Below are positions 13,956-27,166 of a stretch of 64,000 bases of DNA, piece by piece; position 1 is the first letter of the stretch; the number at the start of each line of letters is the position of its first letter. The translations under genes were made by a program, and so were the position numbers. The DNA is taken from contig OX597823.1 in NCBI GenBank assembly GCA_951406725.2, positions 22,816,001-22,880,000 on the forward strand. Reading direction: 5' to 3'. This DNA comes from Octopus vulgaris. Taxonomy: Eukaryota. The notes below the pieces were generated by a model, which was not told the DNA's origin, ran no database searches, and worked only from the letters and a program-made list of their open reading frames with translations.

Positions 13956-14549
13956 AAATCAAGTACATGTAAAGCACTAGAGGAGATAGTATTGTCTAAA
14001 CACCATCTTCTCAAGACTGTGGGGCTTGTAGCTAAACTAGAAATCATATGCTTACATGTATATGTGTATATACGTGTATATGTGTATATACGTGAATATG
14101 TGTGAATAAGTGCCTATGTTTATATGCAAAATATGTATATGAATATATACGTGTGTATGTATGCATGTATAGATGACGTGCGTGTTTGTATACACGTGTA
14201 GATGTGAATATATGACCATGTGTGTATCAAACTGTGAGTTTTTACGGAGACCTACATATAGGTGTTATTTTATCAATTACTAATTACTGCTTTCGCCTCC
14301 ACCGTTTTTTTTTTCTTTATTTTTCCACTCTTCAAGATGAAAATAAATTCAATCTGTATAGCAAGAACTTAATTTCAATAGAATTTAGCACAATGACAAT
14401 CAATACACATATGAAGAAAATGCTATCGAACTCTATACCTAAACATTAAGAGCATGCAGCTAAAACTGTTAAAGCCGCTACAAATGCGAGGCCTCCCTGA
14501 CCATCGCCGATGATCTCTTCCGGTGATTTCATGTCGGCCTACCTGTGTG

Positions 14550-14623
<74 letters not shown>

Positions 14624-14709
14624 TACATACATACATACATACATACATACATACATACATACATACATACATGTATGTATGTATGTATGTATGTATGTGT
14701 GTGTGTGTG

Positions 14710-14755
<46 letters not shown>

Positions 14756-15555
14756 TGGCGACTCCGGCACTCGGGCTGTTCGGGCTTAGCCCGAGTATAA
14801 ATTTAGTTATGTGAACGTGTATTATCATCAAGCTAATTTAATTTCTGCCAACACTGACTTCAAGTATGTAATTTCAGCCAATAAGTCGGGCTCTTTCTAT
14901 TAAGCCTGGTCGCAGTTAATCTATTTTCGTTTAGCGTGTAGCGGTCGTCTTAGAGGTACCATGTGTCAAAAAATATCAATCGTAGCAGACGTTCTCTCGA
15001 CGTGGTTCACATGCGCCTGATTCGGGCTCAGAAAATACATCCTGAATTGTTATCTATAATCGTAAAAATTAAAAGTAATTCAAATTCAATGTTTTCTTGA
15101 AACAATATATTTCTCTAGAGATTAGGATTTAAATTCCAATCTATGAAAAGTTTCTGTTCCACAATATTCTTAAAGAAACGAAAATTTATTCAGCAATTCG
15201 GGTTAATAAGAACGAAACTGGCAGATGTAACTGGCATCTCGTCAAGAGTACAAGCGACATTAGATTCTTGTACACTCCGCTGTCGTTATTTCATTGTACA
15301 TCTGTGTGTAAAGATCAGTAGTGTTTTGCAGGGTTGCTTTATTTTAACCCATAACTTAGAAATGGAGAAAGATATATATAAAAATTAGCCATTTGGGGTT
15401 AGAAATAAAGCAGCAAAACGTGAAATTTTTCGAGCAGGCATCTGTCTTATGCGAAATCTGTGATGAGTCGGAGTGATGCTGATGACTTGGAGTTGTCTCT
15501 TCTACTATAGCCTCGGACTGAATAAAGCCTAGATGGAAATCGAAAGAAGCCCGTC

Positions 15556-15609
<54 letters not shown>

Positions 15610-15612
<3 letters not shown>

Positions 15613-16072
15613 TATATGAAAGAATGGAGTTGAACGACTAGTTAACAAATATCCTTTATTCTCGACATATGTTTCGAAGGCTGCATATTCCTAATTCCGA
15701 AGGAATAAGGAGTACATTATGCAGATTTCTCATCAGGAAAATCAAGGAACTTATGTCGACATCAACATGCACAAAAAACTTTTAGCTGACCGCTCTTGAG
15801 AAATCTGCATAATGTACTCCTTATTCCTTCGGAATTAGGAATATGCAGCCTTCGAAACATAGGTCGAGAATAAAGGATATTTGTTAACTAGTCGTTCAAC
15901 TCCATTCTTTCATATACTTATAATTTTAAAATAAACATACAAATTTCCACACGAAGACACGTAGTCTATGCCCTAGGGACGTAACTTCAACCGTGTTCTT
16001 TCTGATGTGAATTTGCTACCCAGGTATCGGTTATCTTTCGAATTATCCTTAATAAGATAATTCATTCAACTA

Positions 16073-16075
<3 letters not shown>
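15610..16075. mobile_element. HHR-bearing Penelope-like family A with inverted 5' tail
   Basis: 15610-15733 is the reverse complement of 15797-15920; remainder homologous to 18793-19170 and 24880-25170; (TA)n on both sides. Confidence 0.75.
15659..15741 (-). ncRNA. Type I hammerhead ribozyme, canonical core
   Basis: UUUUC-CUGAUGA-[long stem II capped by C-UUCG-G]-GAAAC-AUAU-GUC^GAGAA. Confidence 0.8.
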
Positions 16076-16145
<70 letters not shown>

Positions 16146-16174
16146 GTATGTGTGTGTTTGTGTATGTATGCATT

Positions 16175-16385
16175 TGTGTATCTGTGTTTGTTCCCCCACC
16201 ATCGCTTCACAACCGATGTTAGTGTGTTTACGCCCCCGTCACTTAGCGGTTCGGCAAAAGAAACTGATAGAAGAAGTACTAGGCTTACAAAAAATAAGTC
16301 CTCGGGTCGATTTGTTCGACTAAAGTCGGTCCTCCAGCATGGCCTTGTCAAATGACTGAAACAAGTAAAAGAATAAAGGAATATA
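16175..16385 (+). mobile_element. SINE family S1, 3' half
   Basis: Matches the 3' half of 37645-38117. Similar partial copies at 8345-8422, 12428-12520, 24781-24833, 26886-27095 and 35725-35920. Confidence 0.8.
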
Positions 16386-16390
16386 AAGAA

Positions 16391-16435
<45 letters not shown>

Positions 16436-16543
16436 CTAAGAAGTAGAAAGAGCAGAAGAACGAAAGGAAACAAGAGTATGTGGAGAATAACAGAGATGAG
16501 AAGCTAAAATGAGAAAGAAGGAAATATGGGAGACACGAGGCAC

Positions 16544-16627
16544 GATGCAGACGATAAGTTGGCACCAAACCACGTGATTATATGGGATGCAGACGATAAG
16601 TTGACACCAAACCACGTGATTAAATGG
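16544..16627. repeat. 42-bp tandem duplication
   Basis: GATGCAGACGATAAGTTGRCACCAAACCACGTGATTAWATGG x2. Confidence 0.9.
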
Positions 16628-17157
16628 AACGAGCAGGTGAAATATCACATAACACATTTTATTAACACTGTCATATAACTAATGTCCTTTTGATGTTAAT
16701 TATATATTAAATGTATTTGAAATATATTCTAAGAAAGAAAAGATTATTGCTTAAATACCCTACAAACTCAGTTTTAGATATGAAGAATGGCCACATTGTT
16801 TGAGAAGAAAAGCCTTAAATATTTCTTTTTTTTTTTTTTGTAAGTTCAATAGACACTAAAGAAATTATCAAAATTATATTTCAAGAAATAAGAAAACATA
16901 CCGCTACATAGTTTTACTCTCAAAGCTAAATTAAATTAATACTTGCTTGTTGAAGCCTTTTAATGATACGTAATTTTTGTATTAATACTTTAGCTTGTGG
17001 AATTTTAAATCTGTTTTGGGGGAATTAGCACAGAAACCAAATAATATCCCAGTAACCGCACATAGAAGCTTCGAGAGCCGCTGTTGGCCTCTTTTTTTTA
17101 TATATTATTAGTTTGAGACTTACTTACCCCATTATACGTATCTACATGAATACTTAC

Positions 17158-17200
17158 ATTTCCGTATAGCGTTCACCAGAGCCATACTCCTCAAAGGTAT
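17158..17200 (-). CDS. Candidate internal exon of unknown host gene
   Basis: tttcttag|...AAT|gtaagt; open frame (D)TFEEYGSGERYTE, phase 1 to 2. Splice signals only, no homology. Confidence 0.25.
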
Positions 17201-17291
17201 CTAAGAAACCTCTTCAAGAAATATCAAAAATAGAGCGTTGCTTGTAACAGAATTAGATCTTTTGTTCTTCCAGGTCATTAGTCCCTCTTTC

Positions 17292-17337
<46 letters not shown>

Positions 17338-18632
17338 GCATATGCACATACGCTCACACACACACACACACATTTCTTTTGCTTTTGCTTTTGTTTTCTG
17401 CTTATTTTTGTTTTATTCCACATTTTTAATTGATGTAGGTAATGGCTGAAGAGAAAGAAGATACATCTGTGGGCATGCATCTATGAATGTATATACATGC
17501 CTGTGTGTGTATCTGTATGCGTACCAGTGTGCGCGTGTGTATGTATGTACATGCATAACTCATGTATACACACAGACTTGCACACTCGCATTTATATACA
17601 TACATATTTGTGTGTACCATCTATACAGATGTATACATGTATGCATACACTTACACACACACAAACACATGTATACATACATATCTATGCATGCATGTGT
17701 GTATGTGTCTGAGTATATGTGTATATGTGCACACATGCACGTTTGTATTTGTGTAAACAGGCGTTCATATAGACATATATATAACCAAGCACAGAGATAT
17801 ATATTTATACAAAAATACATGCATGCATCGTATGTGTATTTATCTATTCAAATATTTTAGTATGTATCACCTGAGACCGAACAAATACAAATACTAGCCT
17901 ATCTATTTCGCTTTCTTTCTATCTAGCCATCTATCCAGCTACTTATCTGTTTCCCTATGCCTCCCTACCTTTTGGATGAGTGGAAGCAAGTTTTCAATAT
18001 TGTTATTGATCCATTGTGTTTTAGTACGTCGTGTTGATGGAGTACGGATATTTGCTTCTTTTCATTGTATTCTTACCAAAAGACCCAACATAAAGAAAGC
18101 TTCCAGAGGTTGTACGAATACAGGAAGCAGATATGCATATAGCATAAACAGTCACAAGAAAGAATGACTTGAGTAACGTCTCCCCTCCCTGATGCACCAG
18201 TCACAACCAATGTAAAAGAAGAATAAGATTACAATAAGATTAAAACCAGTTAAAGTCACACACACGCACGCACATACATACACACACACAAAAACACACA
18301 TTCACATACACACACGCACGCACACACACATGACGTGTCACGTGCTTGACATACTGATGAAAACAATTGCCTGGCATAGCAGAGTAACCACTTGATAAAT
18401 GTTCTTGAAAATTTCAACACATAGATAAGGAAGGACACAGACAAAATGTAGGGAAATTTTCTGGGAATATAAATGGAAAAAAAACATCAAGAAGTGAACA
18501 ACAACTGGTGACTGTGTTTATAAGCTTTGATATACCGCTTCCAAAATTTAGCAATATTGGTCTCAGTACAAGTACACGGCTTCAAACGAAAATTCTTGCG
18601 AAACAAATTTATATATGATGTATATATATATG

Positions 18633-18793
<161 letters not shown>

Positions 18794-18881
18794 CGGATTT
18801 TTAAATACTTAATAACGTTCTGTTTATCATGTAGGCAGTCATCGTAATTGTTATAATGTCTTGTTGAGAGAGGCTCTCTTT

Positions 18882-18963
18882 CTTTCCTGATGAGAAGATT
18901 GCATTTTACACCGTTTAATCCTTTGGAATAAAACCGTGTTGTCTTCGAAACATATGTCGAAAG
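18882..18963 (+). ncRNA. Type I hammerhead ribozyme, canonical core (family A element ~18793-19170)
   Basis: CUUUC-CUGAUGA-GAAGA...UCUUC-GAAAC-AUAU-GUC^GAAAG; perfect 5-bp stem I and perfect stem II base. Confidence 0.85.
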
Positions 18964-19167
18964 TAAAAGAATTGTATTAACATCTTCGTTCAATTCCATT
19001 TATTTATTAATTCATTTATAACACACAAATTACTGCACATTAACCCGGAGTTTCTACCTTTGGATAGGTCGCTTCAACCGTGTTTCTGACGTGAATTTTG
19101 CTACCAAGGTAACGGTTTATTGAATTTTCCATGTTAACGGTAAACATAGGATAATTCATTCACCCAT

Positions 19168-19217
<50 letters not shown>

Positions 19218-19227
19218 CAAAGATGTA

Positions 19228-19309
19228 CATTACGGCCGTTCGAGCGGCTCCATTTACTTGATTAATGAGAACATTACACCAATCTGAAAGAAACGCCTCT
19301 CTTCAGATG
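19228..19309 (-). ncRNA. Degenerate type I hammerhead
   Basis: CAU-CUGAAGA-GAG...CUC-GAAC-GGCC-GUA^AUG; one A missing from GAAA; palindrome ACGGCCGU. Confidence 0.55.
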
Positions 19310-19689
19310 ATCGCATAGGCATGAAACATAAAGGATAAACCATTTTTTAAAGCAAGTTTACCTCAGTAATGGAAACCAAAATATTTACATAGTCTCCTTT
19401 TGTTATATGTGTGGCAGAATGAGCTTAGAAAATAATGCATTCCTTGTTAAGCCTACTGTAATTTAGAGAATAGCAGGGGAAATAGTGGCGGGGAGTCGAG
19501 ATAAAAGAAGTGGCGACATAGATACTTATACTTAGAAGACTTTATGTAGCATGCAGTCTTCAACCATTTAGAATTAAATCCCCAGGGAGTTGTCAACAAT
19601 ATGCTAGTTGATGGTTATAAATCAGTTAAAGTAAGATAATCTACTAGAATCTCAATGTACTGGAACCATATAACTAGCTATATCTACAT

Positions 19690-19890
19690 AAAAGGGTATG
19701 CGACATTTTCTCTGTAATACTAATAGATTGGATTTGGAGAATCCACCTCAGTTTCTTTTCCTCTTTCTTCGAAAAGTCTAGTATTTCTAGGTTTTTGTGT
19801 AAGTTTGTTGGTATATAACCTAATGCATTTTTGATGATAGATATAAATGAGAATTTATAGTCAGGGTACAAGAGTTGTAAGTTCCACATT
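19690..19890 (-). mobile_element. 3' ORF fragment of an RLE-type (R4/Dong-like) LINE in (CATA)n
   Basis: NLQLLYPDYKFSFISIIKNALGYIPTNLHKNLEILDF..LQIQSI, homologous to 20190-20392 and 36280-36393. Confidence 0.6.
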
Positions 19891-19949
19891 GTATGTATGT
19901 ATGTATGTATGTATGTATGTATGTATGCATGTATGAGTGCGCGCGTGTG

Positions 19950-20393
19950 TGATTATTCAGTTTTACTTCAAGATTTCTTAGCAAGCAAGAAAGAGCCGGT
20001 TTCTAAACTAGACCTAAAGCGCCTTCATTGGAATTTCAACATCAACAACAGCGTATTTTTGTATGTATGTATGTATGTATGTATGTATGTATGTATGTAT
20101 GTATGTATGTATGTATGCGTGCAAATTTGTATGTTTTATGAATATCTTCTCATGCATGACTTGTATATCTAGACCTGCTCATATGTATTTACATGATAAA
20201 CTTCTGGAAAGTTTTACAGATTTTTACAGTTCCAGTGATAGCTTGGACCTGTAGTCTTCGGATCAGCTTTCTCCTTTCAGGTTTTGAGAAGCCTAATTTC
20301 TCAAGATTGGTATTTAGGCAGTGTGTTACATATTTCAGAGCTCCAATAATTACAGGTATAAACCTGAACTTGTAATCTAGATAGAGTAACTGT
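19950..20393 (-). mobile_element. 3' end (ORF end + 3'UTR) of an RLE-type (R4/Dong-like) LINE in (CATA)n
   Basis: QLLYLDYKFRFIPVIIGALKYVTHCLNTNLEKLGFSKPERRKLIRRLQVQAITGTVKICKTFQKFIM*; the P-x-I-IGALG-like motif is typical of RLE C-termini. Confidence 0.7.
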
Positions 20394-22332
20394 ATCCATG
20401 TATGTATGTATGTATGTATGTATGTATGTATGTATGTATGTATGTATGTATGTATGTATGTGCGTATGTGTGTGTGTGCGCGCGCGTGTGCGTGTGTATG
20501 TGTATTCGAAGTCCGATATGATAATATTCGAAGATTAGATTCTCACTATTGCTACTATAAGTTCTTTGTTAGCTCTGCATTTTAACATTTCGGGATCGAT
20601 AAAAATGTTCCAGTATGTGTATGTATGTATATGTATGTGTGTATATGTATTACAGAGAGTGTGAGTTAGTAACAGAGTTCAAAGTTCCATGTATGATAGT
20701 TTTTACCTCTATCACTTTGAAAATATCTCTTGGATCATGCCTTCTGCATTCTTCGAACAGTTACCACTTGCTATTCATGAATATGCACTTGCTAGAAGAA
20801 TTATACGTCGTTATACAGTGATGTACCTTGATTGAGGTATTGTAGTTAATATATGTAGAGAAATACAATGTTCGTTATTACATGCTTAAATTATTGAGGC
20901 GTACATTCACATCAAAAAAACAATGTTTTAACTGGGGTAACTACTGATCAGAAAGTCATTTACAATTCCACAACAGATACTATGAGTATTTATCTAGTAC
21001 AGTATCTGCCAAACTGCGTGCCGCTCAACACTGGTGTACCGCGAGAGATTTCTGGAATGCCGCGAAAAATATTTTCGGGATTTTCGGTAAACAGCTATCC
21101 AAGTACATTCGCAAATTTCGAGCGTAAAAATAAATTAATTATATGCACGAGACGAACAGCAGTTTTGCTACATTATATCACATCACTGCATTTAAACCGG
21201 GATTATCTGTAAGTTATTTGTTTTAGTAGTCCTTATGTTAATTTTAATCGATTTTTAGTTTTAGGTTTAAACATGGACAACATTTTATTGAGACCTCAGA
21301 AAAATGAGAAAGGGAGACATAGCAAACAAGATGAACACCAGAATATAAAGTCCACCTCATCAAAACGAAAATATAATGAAAATTGCATCAAAAATGGTTT
21401 TATATTATCGGTAAAAGACAACTCGGTTCCTTTTTGTATGATTTGTTTAACAACACTCTCAAATAAAACGATGGTTCAAGTAAACTTCAACGCCATTTAA
21501 TAGCAAATCATCCGCAATTTAAGGAAAAACCAAAAGAAAACTTTGAAATGGTAAAAAATAATTTTAAAATTCAATAAAAAAAGCTGAAGAAATTTCACTG
21601 AATTCCCGAGAAAGCTCAAGTTGCTAGTTACAAGATTGTCCAGCTTTTGGCAAAGAAGAAGAAAAAACCTCATTCTGAAGCTGAAAACGTTATCTTATCA
21701 GCCTTGGCGATCGCCGTTGGCACAATGATTAGTGATGAAGCTGTCAAACAAATGAAGACCATTTCTTTGTCTGCCCACGCGATTTCTCATAAAATTCAAG
21801 ACATTTCGCGAGACATTGATGATCAGATTCCGCGAACATTTCAAAGCAAAATATGAACTTGAAAACTTGTGGGCCTTACAAATCGAATAAAGTACAAACA
21901 TCAGCAACAAAGCTCAACTAATTTCATTTCTGCGAATCATCAAAGCTGGTAAAATCATAAGTCAATCTTTCCTTTGTGGTGAAGGAAAGAACGACAGGAG
22001 ATGATGTCTTTAACCTGGTAAACCAAAATGTCGTATTGAGAGGTATGTAGAGGCAAACATATATTAGCGTTTGCATTGATGGCGCTCCATCCATGTAGGG
22101 TCGAGAAAATGGCTTTGTGGCTCATGTATTACAAAACAAATTTACAAGTTAGAATTGTACATTACATGATTCACCAATAAGTTTTGGTGACAAAATTTCC
22201 ACCTAATGGTCTCCTGAAGACGATGGACAACGTTGTTAAAGTGGTGAATTACATAAAATCGCATTCCCTACGGTGCAGACTTTTGGCATCCCTATGTGAA
22301 ACTATGGATTCTGATTTTAAGTGTTTACTGCT

Positions 22333-22421
22333 AAACATGAAAATAAACAAGCTTTTGACGGTTTTATTATTTCAAAATTATGATGCTATGATTCATGTGT
22401 TTCCATTATTTTGTCCAACCC

Positions 22422-22424
<3 letters not shown>
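22333..22424 (-). mobile_element. Left-end fragment of the Tc1 family found at 23310
   Basis: Reverse complement reads CAGGGGTTGGACAAAATAATGGAAACAC..AGCATCATAATTTT..AAAACCGTCAAAA, matching 23310-23390. Confidence 0.85.
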
Positions 22425-22472
<48 letters not shown>

Positions 22473-23309
22473 GTTCAGATTTACAGAAAACAAAAGACGA
22501 AGACAGGTTCGATGGTTCTCAAAAAGAAGAGTGCTCTCTTGATTTATCTCTTTGCGAACTGAAAATTCAGGATTTGAATTTCTTAACGCTGATAATTGGT
22601 GGTTGGAAGTAGCATTTCTCAGAGGTCTTTTTGAGAATTTGAACGTTTTAAATTTGAGTCTGCAAGACGCGAACGAAAATATTTTTTTCAATTACAGGCA
22701 AATTAATGTCTTTCACCGACAAGTTAGAACTGTGGATAAGGAAAATTAAAAGCTCACAGCTTGATTGCTTCCCATGCGTAGAGGTTTTACCAAAGAAATT
22801 TTAAATTATGTCAGAAGTGCAGAAGACAGTAGAAAACCTGTCTGTATCATTTTCTAAGTATTTTCCAACGCTTAATTATCAAATGTACGAGTGGGTCATC
22901 AGTCCTTTCGCAAGATTCAGCAGTACACACTTGCCCTTAACATTAACAGAAGAAGAAAATTTAACAGATTTGAAAATCGATCCTGTGCACAAAGCCTCAC
23001 TTTTTTTTCTTTTTTTTTTTTGCTAGAATTGTCAGGATTTTTTATTTCTCTTTGGAGTCAATATCCTCGATTAGCTACAACAGCCGTTAAATCTCTGCCT
23101 TTTGGATCATCGTATCTTTGCGAATTACGTATCTCTGCCCTCATGGAAATGAAGTAAAAAAAAGACGGAAACGATTACAGGTGGTAGATAAGGAGTTACA
23201 TATGGTTTTATCTAATTTAGAGCCGCGTTTTCACTAAATTCTTTCTCAAAATCAATTGCATCCTTCTCACTAAAAACATTATTATTGTATTATATTACCT
23301 ATATATATA

Positions 23310-24583
23310 CAGGGGTTGGACAAAATAATGCAAACACCAAGCATCATAATTTTCAAGTGTCTATAAAACCGTCAAAAACTTGTTTATTTTGTTTTTTGAT
23401 TTATTATTAGTGTTGCTTAATACGTTTTGCTAAAATTGCTGAGGTTTTTTTCCGATATCACCAGAAAAAGGTATTTAAAATTCATTAAAATGACAGATCT
23501 ATTGAGCTTTCAAAGAGGTCAAATTGTTGGTGCTCTTATGGCAGGCGCTAGCGTAACGAAAACAGCCGAAATGTTTGGTGTATCTGGAAGCACTGTCTCG
23601 AAAGTAATGACAGCCTTTGAGAAAGAGGAAAAAACTTCCTCATCAAAACGAAACCCCGGAAGAAAACCAAAACTTTCAGACAGAGACCGTGTCGGACTCT
23701 TACGCGAATTGTTAGAAAGGATCACAAAAGCCCAGCTCCCAAAATTACTGCAGAGCTTAATGACCACCTCCAGAACCCAGTTTCCACAAAAACTGTTCGC
23801 CGGGAGCAGCACAAAGCCGGATTTCACGGGTGGGCTGCCATCAGAAAACCACTACTTTCAAAAACAAAATTTGCAAAGCGTTTAGAGTGGAGTAAAAACC
23901 TACAGAATTGGTCCCTAGAGCAGTAAAAGACTGTTATTTTCTCGGACGAGTTATCCTTTACCTTATTTCCGACCACCGGCCGAGTATACGTGTGGAGACA
24001 GCCAAATGAAGCATTTGATCCAGACTGCCTTCTTCTAACTGTTAAACGTAGAGGAGGATCTGTGATGATCTGGTGTGGGTGGGGCTATATCTTGGAAATC
24101 CGCCGGCCCAATGGTTTCCCTTCATGGCAGAATTAATAGTCAAGACTATTTAAGCATTTTATCTGAATATATTCATCCTATGGTTGCGGAACTGTTTTTG
24201 GAAGGAAACGCAATCTTTCAGGATGATAATGCATCAATTCACACAGCTAAAGTTGTTACTGAATGATACGAGGAACATTCTAGTCAGGTTGAACATCTTA
24301 TCTGACCACCGCCGTCCCCAGATCTCAATATTATTGAACATTTATGGCGAATTTTAGAAGAACAAGTAAGGAGTCGATATCCTCCACCATCATCACTACA
24401 AGAATTGGAGACTGTTTTAGCTGAAGAATGGGCAAAAATTCCTTTGGAAACAATTCAAACTTTGTTCGAGTCCGTACCTCATAGAATTCAAGGTGTAATT
24501 ACTGCCAAAGGCGGTCCTACCCCATATTAAAATAAATTTGTTTGAAATAATAAGGTGTTTCCATTATTTTGCCCAACCCCTTG
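23310..24583 (+). mobile_element. Full-length decayed Tc1 (DD34E) transposon nested in the hAT
   Basis: TIR CAGGGGTTGGACAAAATAATG at both ends; transposase 23490-24530: MTDLLSFQRGQIVGA..GRKPKLSDRD, IFSDE, FQDDNA, SPDLNIIEHLW, GGPTPY*; frameshifts and stops. Confidence 0.93.
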
Positions 24584-24830
24584 TTCCTATAACAATGTTA
24601 TTTTATTGTTACTATAAAAAGAATGTATTTGTTTTTATTCATACTAATAAAGTATATGCAATTTTGTTGAGATTTTTATTTGGTGTGCCGCAAAATAAAT
24701 TCTCCTCGCCCAATGTGTCGTAAGGTAAAAAAAAGTTTGGCAGACACTGATCTATTACAACGTGTGTGCATGTGTATATATCTCTTTTACTTGTTTGAGT
24801 CATTTGACTTTGGCCATGCTGGAGCACCGC

Positions 24831-24882
<52 letters not shown>

Positions 24883-25087
24883 GAGTAGTTGAATGAATTA
24901 TCTTATTATGGCTAATTCGGTTAACCGATACCTGGGAAGCAAATTCACGTCAGAAAAACACGGTTGAAGCTACATGCCTAGGGCAGAGATCACGTGCTAT
25001 CGTGTGGAAATATGTGTGTGTTTTTTTTAATACAAATAAATGAAAGAATGGAGTTGAACGACGAATTAACAAAATTCCTTTATTTTA

Positions 25088-25170
25088 TTTTCGACATATG
25101 TTTCGAAGGCTGCATATTCCTAATTTCGAAGGAATAAGGGGTGCATTATGCCGCCTTCTCATCAGGAAAA
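25088..25170 (-). ncRNA. Type I hammerhead ribozyme, canonical core (family A element ~24880-25435)
   Basis: UUUUC-CUGAUGA-GAAGGC...GCCUUC-GAAAC-AUAU-GUC^GAAAA. Confidence 0.85.
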
Positions 25171-25435
25171 GTAAGGAACTTATGTCAGCATCAAGATGCA
25201 CAAAAACTTTTAGATGACTGCTCACACGGAGCCCATAGCGATAATGAGTGTTTCTTTAAAATATTCCGTTATAAGCAGTGACGTCAAAAATGGTTGAATG
25301 TAGAAGATTCTAGAAGGTTCAAGGGTTCAAACAAGTTTGGAGGAGAGAGAACTAAGAATAGGAAGGTAAAAGGGTGCAGGTCAAATGAATGGTGATTTTG
25401 TTGTTTTGTTGTTGTGTTCAACTCCATTCTTTCAT

Positions 25436-25472
<37 letters not shown>

Positions 25473-25482
25473 GTATATATAT

Positions 25483-25655
25483 AAAATTGTAATTTAAGAG
25501 ATACCACCACGCTGGAAATAGCAGCCAAAACTTGACTCTAAAACCACATTAAATGTTCATACACCACAATGAACATTTAATGTGGTTTTAGAGTCAAGTT
25601 ATGGCTGCTATTTCCAGCGTGGTGGTATCCCTTAGATACCCTAAATTACAATTTT
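25483..25655. repeat. Fold-back hairpin, probable Penelope-like terminus
   Basis: GATACCACCACGCTGGAAATAGCAGCCA..TAAATGTTCAT / ATGAACATTTA..TGGCTGCTATTTCCAGCGTGGTGGTATC with ~8-nt loop, next to (TA)n. Confidence 0.8.
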
Positions 25656-25872
25656 AATAATAATTATTACCTTTGAAGGATTTTATTCCCATGCTGGCCA
25701 CTTGATAAGATCGATATTTAAATTAACGACCTTATCCTTATTTATATAAATTTATATATATATATGGACGAAAGCGCTAATATATGATATATGATGTATA
25801 AAAACACGTAATATACAAATAAATATCTGTAAATATAAAACCACCCGAATTTCTGAATACCTCATTTCTTCT

Positions 25873-25939
<67 letters not shown>

Positions 25940-26039
25940 TACGTTGGGGATGCAAATCCTCTCATTCGCGTACGACATAATGCGGCAACAGCACAAAAAT
26001 GAAGCGTCTATCTCATCCTTCTCTCAATGTAGAATCTTG

Positions 26040-26090
<51 letters not shown>

Positions 26091-26264
26091 AAAGAAATAA
26101 ATGGGATAATTATTCCCTTATACAGCACAACTAATTAGCGCTTTAATCATCCGCCTGAAAAGTACGTTCCGGCACAACATTCGATTTTTTAAAATTCTTA
26201 AGTTTCTCATTTTGCTTAAAACTTTAAGATTAAAATAACACCTTTTACAAATCCTTTAGATTAG

Positions 26265-26349
26265 CTCTGAATAGAGAATTATAAATGATTGTAATGGATA
26301 GAATTATCTCGCCCATACCAACCTGTATATTCTCGAAATGGCCGTCAGA
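26265..26349 (+). ncRNA. Degenerate type I hammerhead
   Basis: CU-CUGAAUA(G8U)-GAGAAU...AUUCUC-GAAAU-GGCC-GUC^AG. Confidence 0.5.
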
Positions 26350-26823
26350 CTTTGCACCTGCTCAAGATTCTTTTTAAAATCATTTTATGCCAACATTCGT
26401 ATCTATTTGCATTCACCATCCGCATATTTTAATATCCTCATTAATTTTAATACGGACATACAACCTCGCAAGTATATTTATGTATTTACATATTTATGAA
26501 TTTTTATATTATATCTTGTGTATATGAATGCACCTACGTACCTGTGAAGTATCCCAATGCTTTGAAATATATTGAGTGAATATGAACACTGACCTTTGAA
26601 ATTTGCTCTCTCTTTCTTGGTTATATATATATATATATATATATATCCATTTTTTATCCCTTTTTTGTGTCCCTAGCACTTGGCATCCTTATTTAGGAGC
26701 CCTTAATTATATTTCTATATGAATAATATTTTTCTATATGAATAATATTTTGTCTAATGACTAATTCGTCTTTTGTGCTGGACCACTGGTAGTAATCTAT
26801 GTTATTACCCTTTTTTTATTATA

Positions 26824-26886
<63 letters not shown>

Positions 26887-27097
26887 TTTTACTCTTTTAA
26901 TCCACTACTTGTTTCACTCATTAGACTGCGACCATGCTGGGACACCGCCTTGGCGTTTTAGTCAATCGACTCCAGTACTTATATTTTTTTAAGCATGGTA
27001 TTTATTCTATCGGTGTCTTTTGCCGAACCGCTAAGTTACAGGGACGCAAACACACTAACGTCGGTTGTCAAGCGGTGGTGGGGGACAAACACAGACT

Positions 27098-27166
<69 letters not shown>

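Larger units (their letters stand above)
21000..24749 (+). mobile_element. hAT Buster/Charlie-type DNA transposon, decayed (ZBED5/SCAND3-like transposase 21273-23273)
   Basis: TIRs CAGTATCTGCCAAACT / AGTTTGGCAGACACTG; 8-bp TSD ATCTAGTA/ATCTATTA with central TA. BED finger RKY..GF..PFCMICLTTLSN..SKLQRHL, KKPHSEAENVI, EVRWFS, LNVLNLSLQ, LPFGSSYLCE; many stops and frameshifts. Confidence 0.92.

Noticed and set aside
19085-19125. Possible SECIS or second HHR in family A (CTGACGTGAATTTTGCTACC..)
   Set aside because: Spacing and apical loop do not fit SECIS and no GAAA partner is conserved across copies.
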